Positions 15,001 to 30,000 of a DNA stretch of 64,000 bases are shown one piece after another. The stretch's first letter is position 1. Each line of letters opens with the position of its first letter. The position numbers were made by a program, and so were the translations under genes. Source of the DNA: Eledone cirrhosa (Eukaryota); contig OZ024742.1 of the NCBI GenBank assembly GCA_964016885.1, forward strand, positions 348,130,001-348,194,000, given 5' to 3'. The notes below the pieces were generated by a model. The model ran no database searches. It was not told the DNA's origin and saw only the letters and a list, made by a program, of their open reading frames with translations.

Positions 15001-18000
15001 AGACTGGAAAGATATGGGGGATGAATGTGGAGAAACATGGAAGACTGGAAAGATATGGGGGATGAATGTGGAGAAACATGGAAGACTGGAAAGACATTGG
15101 GGATGAATGTGGAGAAACATGGAAGACTGGAAAGATATGGGGGATGAATGTGGAGAAACAGGGAAGGCTGGAAAGACATGGGGTTTGAATGTGGAGAAAC
15201 ATGGAAGACTGGAAAGACATGGGGGATGAATGTGTGAATGTGGAGGAACATGGAATATGGGAAAGACATGGGGGATGAATGTGGAGAAACAGGAAAGACT
15301 GGAAAGACATGGGGGATGAATGTGGAGAAACATGGAAGACTGGAAAGATATGGGGGATGAATGTGAAGAAACATGGAAGACTGGAAAGATATGGGGGATG
15401 AATGTGGAGAAACATGGAAGACTGGAAAGACATGGGGGATGAATGTGAAGGAACATGGAAGACTGGAAAGACATAGGGGATGAATGTGTGAATGTGGAGG
15501 AACATGGAAGACTGGAAAGACATGGGGGATGAATGTGGAGAAACAGGGAAGACTGGGAAAGCATGGGGGATGAATGTGGAGAAACATGGAAGACTGGAAA
15601 GATATGGGGGATGAATGTGGAGAAACATGGAAGACTGGAAAGACATGGGGGATGAATGTGGAGAAACAGGGAAGACTGGAAAGACATGGGGGATGAATGT
15701 GGAGAAACGGAAGACTGGAAAGATATGGGGGATGAATGTGGAGAAACATGGAAGACTGGAAAGACATGAGGGATGAATGTGGAGAAACATGGAAGACTGG
15801 AAAGACATGGGGGATGAATGTGGAGAAACATGGAAGACTGGAAAGACATGGGGGATGAAGGTGGAGAAACAAGGAAGACTGGAAAGATATGGGGGATGAA
15901 TGTGGAGAAACAGGGAAGACTGGAAAGATATGGGGGATGAATGTGGAGAAACAGGGAAGACTGGAAAGATATGGGGGATGAATGTGGAGAAACATGGAAG
16001 ACTGGAAAGACATGGGGGATGAATGTGGAGAAACAGGGAAGACTGGAAAAACATGGGGGATGAATGTGGAGAAACGGAAGACTGGAAAGATATGGGGGAT
16101 GAATGTGGAGAAACATGGAAGACTGGAAAGACATGAGGGATGAATGTGGAGAAACATGGAAGACTGGAAAGACATGGGGGATGAATGTGGAGAAACAGGG
16201 AAGACTGGAAAGACATGGGGGATGAATATGTAGAAACAGGGAAGACTGGAAAGATATGGGGGATGAATGTGGAGAAACAGGGAAGACTGGAAAGATATGG
16301 GGGATGAATGTGGAGAAACATGGAAGACTGGAAAGATATGGGGGATGAATGTGGAGAAACATGGAAGACTGGAAAGACATGGGGGATGAATGTGGAGAAA
16401 CAGGGAAGGCTGGAAAGATATGGGGGATGAATGTGGAGAAACAGGGAAGGCTGGAAAGATATGGGGGATGAATGTGGAGAAACATGGAAGACTGGAAAGA
16501 CATGGGGGATGAATGTGTAGAAACAGGGAAGACTGGAAAGATATGGGGGATGAATGTGGAGAAACAGGGAAGACTGGAAAGATATGGGGGATGAATGTGG
16601 AGAAACATGGAAGACTGGAAAGATATGGGGGATACATGTGGAGAAACATGGAAGACTGGAAAGATATGGGGGATGAATGTGGAGAAACAGGGAAGGCTGG
16701 AAAGACATGGGGGGGGGGTGAATGTGGAGAAACATGGAAGACTGGAAAGATATGGTGGATGAATGTGGAGAAGCATTGAAGACTGGAAAGATATGGGGGA
16801 TGAATGTGGAGAAACAGGGAAGACTGGAAAGATATGGGGGATGAATGTGGAGAAACAGGGAAGACTGGAAAGACATGGGGGATAAATATGGAGGAACATG
16901 GAAGACTGGAAAGATATGGGGGACGAATGTGGAGAAACATGGAAAACTGGAAAGACATGGGGGATGAATGTGGAGAAACATGGAAGACTGGAAAGACATG
17001 GGGGATGAATGTGGAGAAACAGGGAAGACTGGAAAGACATGGGGGATGAATGTGGAGAAACATGGAAGACTGGAAAGACATGGGGGATGAATGTGGGGAA
17101 ACATGGAAGACTGGAAAGATATGGGGGATGAATGTGGAGAAACATGGAAGACTGGAAAGATATGGGGGATGAATGTGAAGGAACATGGAAGACTGGAAAG
17201 ACATAGGGGATGAATGTGTGAATGTGGAGGAACATGGAAGACTGGAAAGACATGGGGGATGAATGTGGAGAAACAGGGAAGACTGGGAAAGCATGGGGGA
17301 TGAATGTGGAGAAACATGGAAGACTGGAAAGACATGGGGGATGAATGTGTGAATGTGGAGGAACATGGAAGATGGGAAAGACATGGGGGATGAATGTGGA
17401 GAAACAGGAAAGACTGGAAAGACATGGGGGATGAATGTGGAGAAACATGGAAGACTGGAAAGATATGGGGGATGAATGTGAAGAAACATGGAAGACTGGA
17501 AAGATATGGGGGATGAATGTGGAGAAACATGGAAGACTGGAAAGACATGGGGGATGAATGTGAAGGAACATGGAAGACTGGAAAGACATAGGGGATGAAT
17601 GTGTGAATGTGGAGGAACATGGAAGACTGGAAAGACATGGGGGATGAATGTGGAGAAACAGGGAAGACTGGGAAAGCATGGGGGATGAATGTGGAGAAAC
17701 ATGGGAGACTGGAAAGATATGGGGGATGAATGTGGAGAAACATGGAAGACTGGAAAGACATGGGGGATGAATGTGGAGAAACAGGGAAGACTGGAAAGAC
17801 ATGGGGGATGAATGTGGAGAAACGGAAGACTGGAAAGATATGGGGGATGAATGTGGAGAAACATGGAAGAATGGAAAGACATGAGGGATGAATGTGGAGA
17901 AACATGGAAGACTGGAAAGACATGGGGGATGAATGTGGAGAAACATGGAAGACTGGAAAGACATGGGGGATGAAGGTGGAGAAACAAGGAAGACTGGAAA

Positions 18001-21000
18001 GATATGGGGGATGAATGTGGAGAAACAGGGAAGACTGGAAAGATATGGGGGATGAATGTGGAGAAACAGGGAAGACTGGAAAGATATGGGGGATGAATGT
18101 GGAGAAACATGGAAGACTGGAAAGACATGGGGGATGAATGTGGAGAAACAGGGAAGACTGGAAAGACATGGGGGATGAATGTGGAGAAACGGAAGACTGG
18201 AAAGATATGGGGGATGAATGTGGAGAAACATGGAAGACTGGAAAGACATGAGGGATGAATGTGGAGAAACATGGAAGACTGGAAAGACATGGGGGATGAA
18301 TGTGGAGAAACAGGGAAGACTGGAAAGACATGGGGGATGAATGTGGAGAAACAGGGAAGACTGGAAAGATATGGGGGATGAATGTGGAGAAACAGGGAAG
18401 ACTGGAAAGATATGGGGGATGAATGTGGAGAAACATGGAAGACTGGAAAGATATGGGGGATGAATGTGGAGAAACATGGAAGACTGGAAAGACATGGGGG
18501 ATGAATGTGGAGAAACAGGGAAGGCTGGAAAGATATGGGGGATGAATGTGGAGAAACGGGGAAGGCTGGAAAGATATGGGGGATGAATGTGGAGAAACGG
18601 AAGACTGGAAAGACATGGGGGATGAATGTGGAGAAACATGGAAGACTGGAAAGACATGGGGGATGAACGTGGAGAAACATGGAAGACTGGAAAGACATGG
18701 GGGATGAATGTGGAGAAACGGGGAAGACTGGAAAGATATGGGGGATACATGTGGAGAAACATGGAAGACTGGAAAGATATGGGGGATGAATGTGGAGAAA
18801 CAGGGAAGGCTGGAAAGACATGGGGGGGGGGGTGAACGTGGAGAAACATGGAAGACTGGAAAGATATGGTGGATGAATGTGGAGAAGCATTGAAGACTGG
18901 AAAGATATGGGGGATGAATGTGGAGAAACAGGGAAGACTGGAAAGATATGGGGGATGAATGTGGAGAAACAGGGAAGACTGGAAAGACATGGGGGATAAA
19001 TATGGAGGAACATGGAAGACTGGAAAGATATGGGGGACGAATGTGGAGAAACATGGAAAACTGGAAAGACATGGGGGATGAATGTGGAGAAACATGGAAG
19101 ACTGGAAAGACATGGGGGATGAATGTGGAGAAACAGGGAAGACTGGAAAGACATGGGGGATGAATGTGGAGAAACATGGAAGACTGGAAAGATATGGGGG
19201 ATGAATGTGGAGAAACAGGGAAGGCTGGAAAGACATGGGGTTTGAATGTGGAGAAACATGGAAGACTGGAAAGACATGGGGGATGAATGTGTGAATGTGG
19301 AGGAACATGGAAGATGGGAAAGACATGGGGGATGAATGTGGAGAAACAGGAAAGATTGGAAAGACATGGGGGATGAATGTGGAGAAACATGGAAGACTGG
19401 AAAGATATGGGGGATGAATGTGGAGAAACATGGAAGACTGGAAAGATATGGGGGATGAATGTGGAGAAACATGGAAGACTGGAAAGACATGGGGGATGAA
19501 TGTGAAGGAACATGGAAGACTGGAAAGACATGGGGGATGAATGTGTGAATGTGGAGGAACATGGAAGACTGGAAAGACATGGGGTATGAATGTGGAGAAA
19601 CATGGAAGACTGGGAAGACATGGGGGATGAATGTGGAGAAACATGGAAGACTGGAAAGATATGGGGGATGAATGTGGAGAAACATGGAAGACTGGAAAGA
19701 TATGGGGGATGAATGTGCAGAAACAGGGAAGACTGGAAAGACATGGGGGATGAATGTGGAGAAACAGGGAAGACTGGAAAGACATGGGGGATGAATGTGG
19801 AGAAACATGGAAGACTGGAAAGACATGGGGGATGAATGTGGAGAAACATGGAAGACTGGAAAGATATGGGGGATGAATGTGGAGAAACATGGGAGACTGG
19901 AAAGACATGGGGGATGAATGTGGAGAAACATGGAAGACTGGAAAGACATGAGGGATGAATGTGGAGAAACAGGGAAGGATGGAAAGATATGGGGGATGAA
20001 TGTGGAGAAACAGGGAAGGGTGGAAAGATATGGGGGATGAATGTGGAGAAACGGAAGACTGGAAAGACATGGGGGATGAATGTGGAGAAACATGGAAGAC
20101 TGGAAAGACATGGGGGATGAACGTGGAGAAACATGGAAGACTGGAAAGACATGGGGGATGAATGTGGAGAAACGGGGAAGACTGGAAAGATATGGGGGAT
20201 ACATGTGGAGAAACATGGGAGACTGGAAAGATATGGGGGATGAATGTGGAGAAACATGGAAGACTGGAAAGACATGGGGGGGGGGTGAATGTGGAGAAAC
20301 ATGGAAGACTGGAAAGATATGGTGGATGAATGTGGAGAAGCATTGAAGACTGGAAAGATATGGGGGATGAATGTGGAGAAACAGGGAAGACTGGAAAGAT
20401 ATGGGGGATGAATGTGGAGAAACAGGGAAGACTGGAAAGACATGGGGGATAAATATGGAGGAACATGGAAGACTGGAAAGATATGGGGGACGAATGTGGA
20501 GAAACATGGAAAACTGGAAAGACATGGGGGATGAATGTGGAGAAACATGGAAGACTGGAAAGACATGGGGGATGAATGTGGAGAAACAGGGAAGACTGGA
20601 AAGACATGGGGGATGAATGTGGAGAAACATGGAAGACTGGAAAGACATGGGGGATGAATGTGGAGAAACATGGAAGACTGGAAAGATATGGGGGATGAAT
20701 GTGGAGAAACATGGAAGACTGGAAAGACATGGGGGATGAATGTGGAGAAACATGGAAGACTGGAAAGATATGGGGGATGAATGTGGAGAAACAGGGAAGG
20801 CTGGAAAGACATGGGGTTTGAATGTGGAGAAACATGGAAGACTGGAAAGACATGGGGGATGAATGTGTGAATGTGGAGGAACATGGAAGATGGGAAAGAC
20901 ATGGGGGATGAATGTGGAGAAACAGGAAAGATTGGAAAGACATGGGGGATGAATGTGGAGAAACATGGAAGACTGGAAAGATATGGGGGATGAATGTGGA

Positions 21001-24000
21001 GAAACATGGAAGACTGGAAAGATATGGGGGATGAATGTAGAGAAACATGGAAGACTGGAAAGACATGGGGGATGAATGTGAAGGAACATGGAAGACTGGA
21101 AAGACATGGGGGATAATGTGTGAATGTGGAGGAACATGGAAGACTGGAAAGACATGGGGGATGAATGTGGAGAAACAGGGAAGACTGGGAAGACATGGGG
21201 GATGAATGTGGAGAAACATGGAAGACTGGAAAGATATGGGGGATGAATGTGGAGAAACATGGAAGACTGGAAAGATATGGGGGATGAATGTGGAGAAACA
21301 GGGAAGACTGGAAAGACATGGGGGATGAATGTGGAGAAACAGGGAAGACTGGAAAGACATGGGGGATGAATGTGGAGAAACATGGAAGACTGGAAAGACA
21401 TGGGGGATGAATGTGGAGAAACATGGAAGACTGGAAAGATATGGGGGATGAATGTGGAGAAACATGGAAGACTGGAAAGACATGGAGGATGAATGTGGAG
21501 AAACATGGAAGACTGGAAAGACATGAGGGATGAATGTGGAGAAACAGGGAAGGATGGAAAGATATGGGGGGTGTATGTAGAGAAACATGGAAGACTGGAA
21601 AGACATGGGGGATGAATGTGGAGTAACAGGGAAGACTGGTAAGACATGGGGGATAAATGTGGAGAAACAGGGAAGACTGGAAAGACATGGGGGATGAATG
21701 TGGCGGAACATGGAAGACTGGAAAGATATGGGGGATGAATGTGGAGAAACATGGAAGACTGGAAAGACATGGGGGATGAATGTGGAGAAACAGGGAAGAC
21801 TGGAAAGACATGGGGGATGAATGTGGAGAAACGGAAGACTGGAAAGATATGGGGGATGAATGTGGAGAAACATGGAAGACTGGAAAGACATGAGGGATGA
21901 ATGTGGAGAAATATGGAAGACTGGAAAGACATGGGGGATGAATGTGGAGAAACAGGGAAGACTGGAAAGACATGGGGGATGAATGTGGAGAAACAGGGAA
22001 GACTGGAAAGATATGGGGGATGAATGTGGAGAAACAGGGAAGACTGGAAAGATATGGGGGATGAATGTGGAGAAACATGGAAGACTGGAAAGATATGGGG
22101 GATGAATGTGGAGAAACATGGAAGACTGGAAAGACATGGGGGATGAATGTGGAGAAACAGGGAAGGCTGGAAAGATATGGGGGATGAATGTGGAGAAACA
22201 GGGAAGGCTGGAAAGATATGGGGGATGAATGTGGAGAAACGGAAGACTGGAAAGACATGGGGGATGAATGTGGAGAAACATGGAAGACTGGAAAGACATG
22301 GGGGATGAACGTGGAGAAACATGGAAGACTGGAAAGACATGGGGGATGAATGTGGAGAAACGGGGAAGACTGGAAAGATATGGGGGATACATGTGGAGAA
22401 ACATGGAAGACTGGAAAGATATGGGGGATGAATGTGGAGAAACAGGGAAGGCTGGAAAGACATGGGGGATGAATGTGGAGAAACATGGAAGACTGGAAAG
22501 ATATGGTGGATGAATGTGGAGAAGCATTGAAGACTGGAAAGATATGGGGGATGAATGTGGAGAAACAGGGAAGACTGGAAAGATATGGGGGATGAATGTG
22601 GAGAAACAGGGAAGACTGGAAAGACATGGGGGATAAATATGGAGGAACATGGAAGACTGGAAAGATATGGGGGACGAATGTGGAGAAACATGGAAAACTG
22701 GAAAGACATGGGGGATGAATGTGGAGAAACATGGAAGACTGGAAAGACATGGGGGATGAATGTGGAGAAACAGGGAAGACTGGAAAGACATGGGGGATGA
22801 ATGTGGAGAAACATGGAAGACTGGAAAGACATGGGGGATGAATGTGGAGAAACATGGAAGACTGGAAAGATATGGGGGATGAATGTGGAGAAACATGGAA
22901 GACTGGAAAGACATGGGGGATGAATGTGGAGAAACATGGAAGACTGGAAAGATATGGGGGATGAATGTGGAGAAACAGGGAAGGCTGGAAAGACATGGGG
23001 TTTGAATGTGGAGAAACATGGAAGACTGGAAAGACATGGGGGATGAATGTGTGAATGTGGAGGAACATGGAAGATGGGAAAGACATGGGGGATGAATGTG
23101 GAGAAACAGGAAAGATTGGAAAGACATGGGGGATGAATGTGGAGAAACATGGAAGACTGGAAAGATATGGGGGATGAATGTGGAGTAACTCGGAAGACTG
23201 GAAAGATATGGGGGATGAATGTGGAGATACATGGAAGACTGGAAAGACATGGGGGATGAATGTGAAGGAACATGGAAGACTGGAAAGACATGGGGGATGA
23301 ATGTGTGAATGTGGAGGAACATGGAAGACTGGAAAGACATGGGGGATGAATGTGGAGAAACATGGAAGACTGGGAAGACATGGGGGATGAATGTGGAGAA
23401 ACATGGAAGACTGGAAAGATATGGGGGATGAATGTGGAGAAACATGGAAGACTGGAAAGATATGGGGGATGAATGTGCAGAAACAGGGTAGACTGGAAAG
23501 ACATGGGGGATGAATGTGGAGAAACAGGGAAGACTGGAAAGACATGGGGGATGAATGTGGAGAAACATGGAAGACTGGAAAGACATGGGGGATGAATGTG
23601 GAGAAACATGGAAGACTGGAAAGATATGGGGGATGAATGTGGAGAAACATGGAAGACTGGAAAGACATGGGGGATGAATGTGGAGAAACATGGAAGACTG
23701 GAAAGACATGAGGGATGAATGTGGAGAAACAGGGAAGGATGGAAAGATATGGGGGATGAATGTGGAGAAACAGGGAAGGGTGGAAAGATATGGGGGATGA
23801 ATGTGGAGAAACGGAAGACTGGAAAGACATGGGGGATGAATGTGGAGAAACATGGAAGACTGGAAAGACATGGGGGATGAACGTGGAGAAACATGGAAGA
23901 CTGGAAAGACATGGGGGATGAATGTGGAGAAAAGGGGAAGACTGGAAAGATATGGGGGATACATGTGGAGAAACATGGGAGACTGGGAAGACATGGGGGA

Positions 24001-27000
24001 TGAATGTGGAGAAACATGGAAGACTGGAAAGATATGGGGGATGAATGTGGAGAAACATGGAAGACTGGAAAGATATGGGGGATGAATGTGCAGAAACAGG
24101 GTAGACTGGAAAGACATGGGGGATGAATGTGGAGAAACAGGGAAGACTGGAAAGACATGGGGGATGAATGTGGAGAAACATGGAAGACTGGAAAGACATG
24201 GGGGATGAATGTGGAGAAACATGGAAGACTGGAAAGATATGGGGGATGAATGTGGAGAAACATGGAAGACTGGAAAGACATGGGGGATGAATGTGGAGAA
24301 ACATGGAAGACTGGAAAGACATGAGGGATGAATGTGGAGAAACAGGGAAGGATGGAAAGATATGGGGGATGAATGTGGAGAAACAGGGAAGGGTGGAAAG
24401 ATATGGGGGATGAATGTGGAGAAACGGAAGACTGGAAAGACATGGGGGATGAATGTGGAGAAACATGGAAGACTGGAAAGACATGGGGGATGAACGTGGA
24501 GAAACATGGAAGACTGGAAAGACATGGGGGATGAATGTGGAGAAACGGGGAAGACTGGAAAGATATGGGGGATACATGTGGAGAAACATGGGAGACTGGA
24601 AAGATATGGGGGATGAATGTGGGGAAACATGGAAGACTGGAAAGACATGGGGGGGGGGGGTGAATGTGGAGAAACATGGAAGACTGGAAAGACATGGTGG
24701 ATGAATGTGGAGAAGCATTGAAGACTGGAAAGATATGGGGGATGAATGTGGAGAAACAGGGAAGACTGGAAAGATATGGGGGATGAATGTGGAGAAACAG
24801 GGAAGACTGGAAAGACATGGGGGATAAATATGGAGGAACATGGAAGACTGGAAAGATATGGGGGACGAATGTGGAGAAACATGGAAAACTGGAAAGACAT
24901 GGGGGATGAATGTGGAGAAACATGGAAGACTGGAAAGATATGGGGGATGAATGTGGAGAAACAGGGAAGGCTGGAAAGACATGGGGTTTGAATGTGGAGA
25001 AACATGGAAGACTGGAAAGACATGGGGGATGAATGTGTGAATGTGGAGGAACATGGAAGATGGGAAAGACATGGGGGATGAATGTGGAGAAACAGGAAAG
25101 ATTGGAAAGACATGGGGGATGAATGTGGAGAAACATGGAAGACTGGAAAGATATGGGGGGTGAATGTGGAGAAACATGGAAGACTGGAAAGATATGGGGG
25201 ATGAATGTGGAGATACATGGAAGACTGGAAAGACATGGGGGATGAATGTGAAGGAACATGGAAGACTGGAAAGACATGGGGGATGAATGTGTGAATGTGG
25301 AGGAACATGGAAGACTGGAAAGACATGGGGGATGAATGTGGAGAAACATGGAAGACTGGGAAGACATGGGGGATGAATGTGGAGAAACATGGAAGACTGG
25401 AAAGATATGGGGGATGAATGTGGAGAAACAGGGAAGACTGGAAAGATATGGGGGATGAATGTGGAGAAACGGAAGACTGGAAAGACATGGGGGATGAATG
25501 TGGAGAAACATGGAAGACTGGAAAGACATGGGGGATGAACGTGGAGAAACATGGAAGACTGGAAAGACATGGGGGATGAATGTGGAGAAATGGGGAAGAC
25601 TGGAAAGATATGGGGGATACATGTGGAGAAACATGGGAGACTGGAAAGATATGGGGGATGAATGTGGAGAAACATGGAAGACTGGAAAGACATGGGGGGG
25701 GGTGAATGTGGAGAAACATGGAAGACTGGAAAGACATGGTGGATGAATGTGGAGAAGGATTGAAGACTGGAAAGATATGGGGGATGAATGTGGAGAAACA
25801 GGGAAGACTGGAAAGATATGGGGGATGAATGTGGAGAAACAGGGAAGACTGGAAAGACATGGGGGATAAATATGGAGGAACATGGAAGACTGGAAAGATA
25901 TGGGGGACGAATGTGGAGAAACATGGAAAACTGGAAAGACATGGGGGATGAATGTGGAGAAACATGGAAGACTGGAAAGACATGGGGGATGAATGTGGAG
26001 AAACAGGGAAGACTGGAAAGACATGGGGGATGAATGTGGAGAAACATGGAAGACTGGAAAGACATGGGGGATGAATGTGGAGAAACATGGAAGACTGGAA
26101 AGATATGGGGGATAAATGTGGAGAAACATGGAAGACTGGAAAGACATGGGGGATGAATGTGGAGAAACATGGAAGACTGGAAAGATATGGGGGATGAATG
26201 TGGTGAAACAGGGAAGGCTGGAAAGACATGGGGTTTGAATGTGGAGAAACATGGAAGACTGGAAAGACATGGGGGATGAATGTGTGAATGTGGAGGAACA
26301 TGGAAGATGGGAAAGACATGGGGGATGAATGTGGAGAAACAGGAAAGATTGGAAAGACATGGGGGATGAATGTGGAGAAACATGGAAGACTGGAAAGATA
26401 TGGGGGATGAATGTGGAGAAACATGGAAGACTGGAAAGATATGGGGGATGAATGTGGAGAAACATGGAAGACTGGAAAGACATGGGGGATGAATGTGAAG
26501 GAACATGGAAGACTGGAAAGACATGGGGGATAATGTGTGAATGTGGAGGAACATGGAAGACTGGAAAGACATGGGGGATGAATGTGGAGAAACAGGGAAG
26601 ACTGGGAAGACATGGGGGATGAATGTGGAGAAACATGGAAGACTGGAAAGATATGGGGGATGAATGTGGAGAAACATGGAAGACTGGAAAGACATGGGGG
26701 ATGAATGTGGAGAAACAGGGAAGACTGGAAAGACATGGGGGATGAATGTGGAGAAACATGGAAGACTGGAAAGACATGGGGATGAATGTGGAGAAACATG
26801 GAAGACTGGAAAGATATGGGGGATGAATGTGGAGAAACATGGAAGACTGGAAAGACATGGGGGATGAATGTGGAGAAACATGGAAGACGAAAGACATGAG
26901 GGATGAATGTGGAGAAACAGGGAAGGATGGAAAGATATGGGGGGTGTATGTAGAGAAACATGGAAGACTGGAAAGACATGGGGGATGAATGTGGAGTAAC

Positions 27001-30000
27001 AGGGAAGACTGGTAAGACATGGGGGATAAATGTGGAGAAACAGGGAAGACTGGAAAGACATGGGGGATGAATGTGGCGGAACATGGAAGACTGGAAAGAT
27101 ATGGGGGATGAATGTGGAGAAACATGGAAGACTGGAAAGACATGTGGGATGAATGTGGAGAAACATGGAAGACTGGAAAGATATGGGGGATGAATGTGGA
27201 GAAACATGGAAGACTGGAAAGATATGGGGGATGAATGTGGAGAAACAGGGAAGACTGGAAAGATATGGGGGATGAATGTGGAGAAACATGGAAGACTGGA
27301 AAGACATGGGGGACGAATGTGGAGGAACATGGAAGACTGGAAAGATATGGAGGATGAATGTGGAGAAACATGGAAGACTGGAAAGACATGGGGGATGAAT
27401 GTGGAGAAACAGGGAAGACTGGAAAGACATGGGGGATGAATGTGGAGAAACATGGAAGACTGGAAAGACATGGGGGATGAATGTGGAGCAACATGGAAGA
27501 CTGGAAAGATATGGGGGATGAATGTGGAGTAACATGGAAGACTGGAAAGACATGAGGGATGAATGTTGAGAAACATGGAAGACTGGAAAGACATGGGGGA
27601 TGAATGTGGAGAAACAGGGAAGACTGGAAAGATATGGGGCATGAATGTGGAGAAACCGGGAAGATTGGAAAGATATGGGGGATGAATGTGGAGAAACATG
27701 GAAGACTGGAAAGACATGGGGGATGAATGTGGAGGAACAGGGAAGACTGGAAAGATATGGGGGATGAATGTTGAGAAACATGGAAAACTGGAAAGACATG
27801 GGGGATGAATGTGGAGAAACAGAAGACTGGAAAGATATGGGGGTGAATGTGGAGAAACAGGGAAGACTGGAAAGATATGGAGGATGAATGTGGAGAAATA
27901 GGGAAGACTGGAAAGATATTGGGGATGAATGTGGAAAAACATGGAAGACTGGAAAGATATGGGGGATGAATGTGGAGAAACATGGAAGACTGGAAAGACA
28001 TGGGGGATAAATGTGGAGAAACATGGAAGACTGGAAAGACATGGGGGATGAATGTGGAGAAACATGGAAGACTGGAAAGATATGGGGGATGAATGTGGAG
28101 AAACATGGAAGACTGGAAAGACATGGGGGATGAATGGAGAAACATGGAAGACTGGAAAGACATGGGGGATGAATGTGGAGAAACATGGAAGACTGGAAAG
28201 ACATGGGGGATGAATGTGGAGAAACATGGAAGACTGGAAAGATATGGGGGGTGAATGTGGAGAAACAGGGAAGACTGGAAAGATATGGGGGATGAATGTG
28301 GAGAAACAGGGAAGACTGGAAAGATATGGGGGATGAATGTGGAGAAACATGGAAGACTGGAAAAACATGGGGGATGAATGTGGAGAAACAGGGAAGACTG
28401 GAAAGATATGGGGGATGAATGTGGAGAAACACGGAAGACTGGAAAGACATGGGGGGTGAATGTGGAGAAACATGGAAGAATGGAAAGATATGGGGGATGA
28501 ATGTGGAGAAACAGGGAAGACTGGAAAGATATGGGGAATGAATGTGGAGAAACTGGAAAGATATGGGGGATGAATGTGGAGAAACATGGAAAACTGGAAA
28601 GACATGGGGGATGAATGTGGAGAAACAGGGAAGACTGGAAAGACATGGGGGATGAATGTGGAGAAACAGGGAAGACTGGAAAGACATGGGGGATGAATGT
28701 GGAGAAACAGGGAAGACTGGAAAGACATGGGGGATGAATGTGGAGAAACATGGAAGACTGGAAAGATATGGGGGATGAATGTGGAGAAACATGGAAGACT
28801 GGAAAGACATTGGGGATGAATGTGTGAATGTGGAGGAACATGGAAGACTGGAAAGACATGGGGGATGAATGTGGAGAAACATGGAAGACTGGAAAGATAT
28901 GGGGGATGAATGTGGAGAAACATGGAAGACTGGAAAGATATGGCGGATGAATGTGGAGAAACATGGAAGACTGGAAAGACATGGGGGATGAATGTGGAGA
29001 AACAGGGAAGACTGGAAAGATATGGGGGATGAATGTGGAGAAACAGAGAAGACTGGAAAGACATGGGGGATAAATGTGGAGGAACATGGAAGACTGGAAA
29101 GATATGGGGGATGAAGGTGGAGAAACATGGAAGACTGGAAAGACATGGGGGATGAATGTGGAGAAACAGGGAAGACTGGAAAGACATGGAGGATGAATGT
29201 GGAGAAACAGGGAAGACTGGAAAGACATGGGGGATGAATGTGGAGAAACATGGAAGACTGGAAAGATATGGGGGATGAATGTGGAGAAACATGGAAGACT
29301 GGAAAGATATGGCGGATGAATGTGGAGAAACATGGAAGACTGGAAAGACATGGGGGATGAATGTGGAGAAACATGGAAGACTGGAAAGATATGGGGGATG
29401 AATGTGGAGAAACATGGAAGACTGGAAAGATATGGCGGATGAATGTGGAGAAACATGGAAGACTGGAAAGACATGGGGGATGAATGTGGAGAAACAGGGA
29501 AGACTGGAAAGATATGGGGGATGAATGTGGAGAAACAGGGAAGACTGGAAAGACATGGGGGATAAATGTGGAGGAACATGGAAGACTGGAAAGATATGGG
29601 GGATGAAGGTGGAGAAACATGGAAGACTGGAAAGAGATGGGGGATGAATGTGGAGAAACAGGGAAGACTGGAAAGACATGGGGGATGAATGTGGAGAAAC
29701 AGGGAAGACTGGAAAGACGGGGGATGAATGTGGAGAAACATGGAAGACTGGAAAGACATGGGGGATGAATGTGGAGAAACATGGAAGACTGGAAAGATAT
29801 GGGGGATGAATGTGGAGAAACATGGAAGACTGGAAAGACATGGGGGATGAATGTGGAGAAATGGGGAAGACTGGAAAGACATGGGGGATGAATGTGGAGA
29901 AACATGGAAGACTGGAAAGACATGGGGGATGAATGTGGAGAAACATGGAAGACTGGAAAGATATGGGGGATGAATGTGGAGAAACATGGAAGACTGGAAA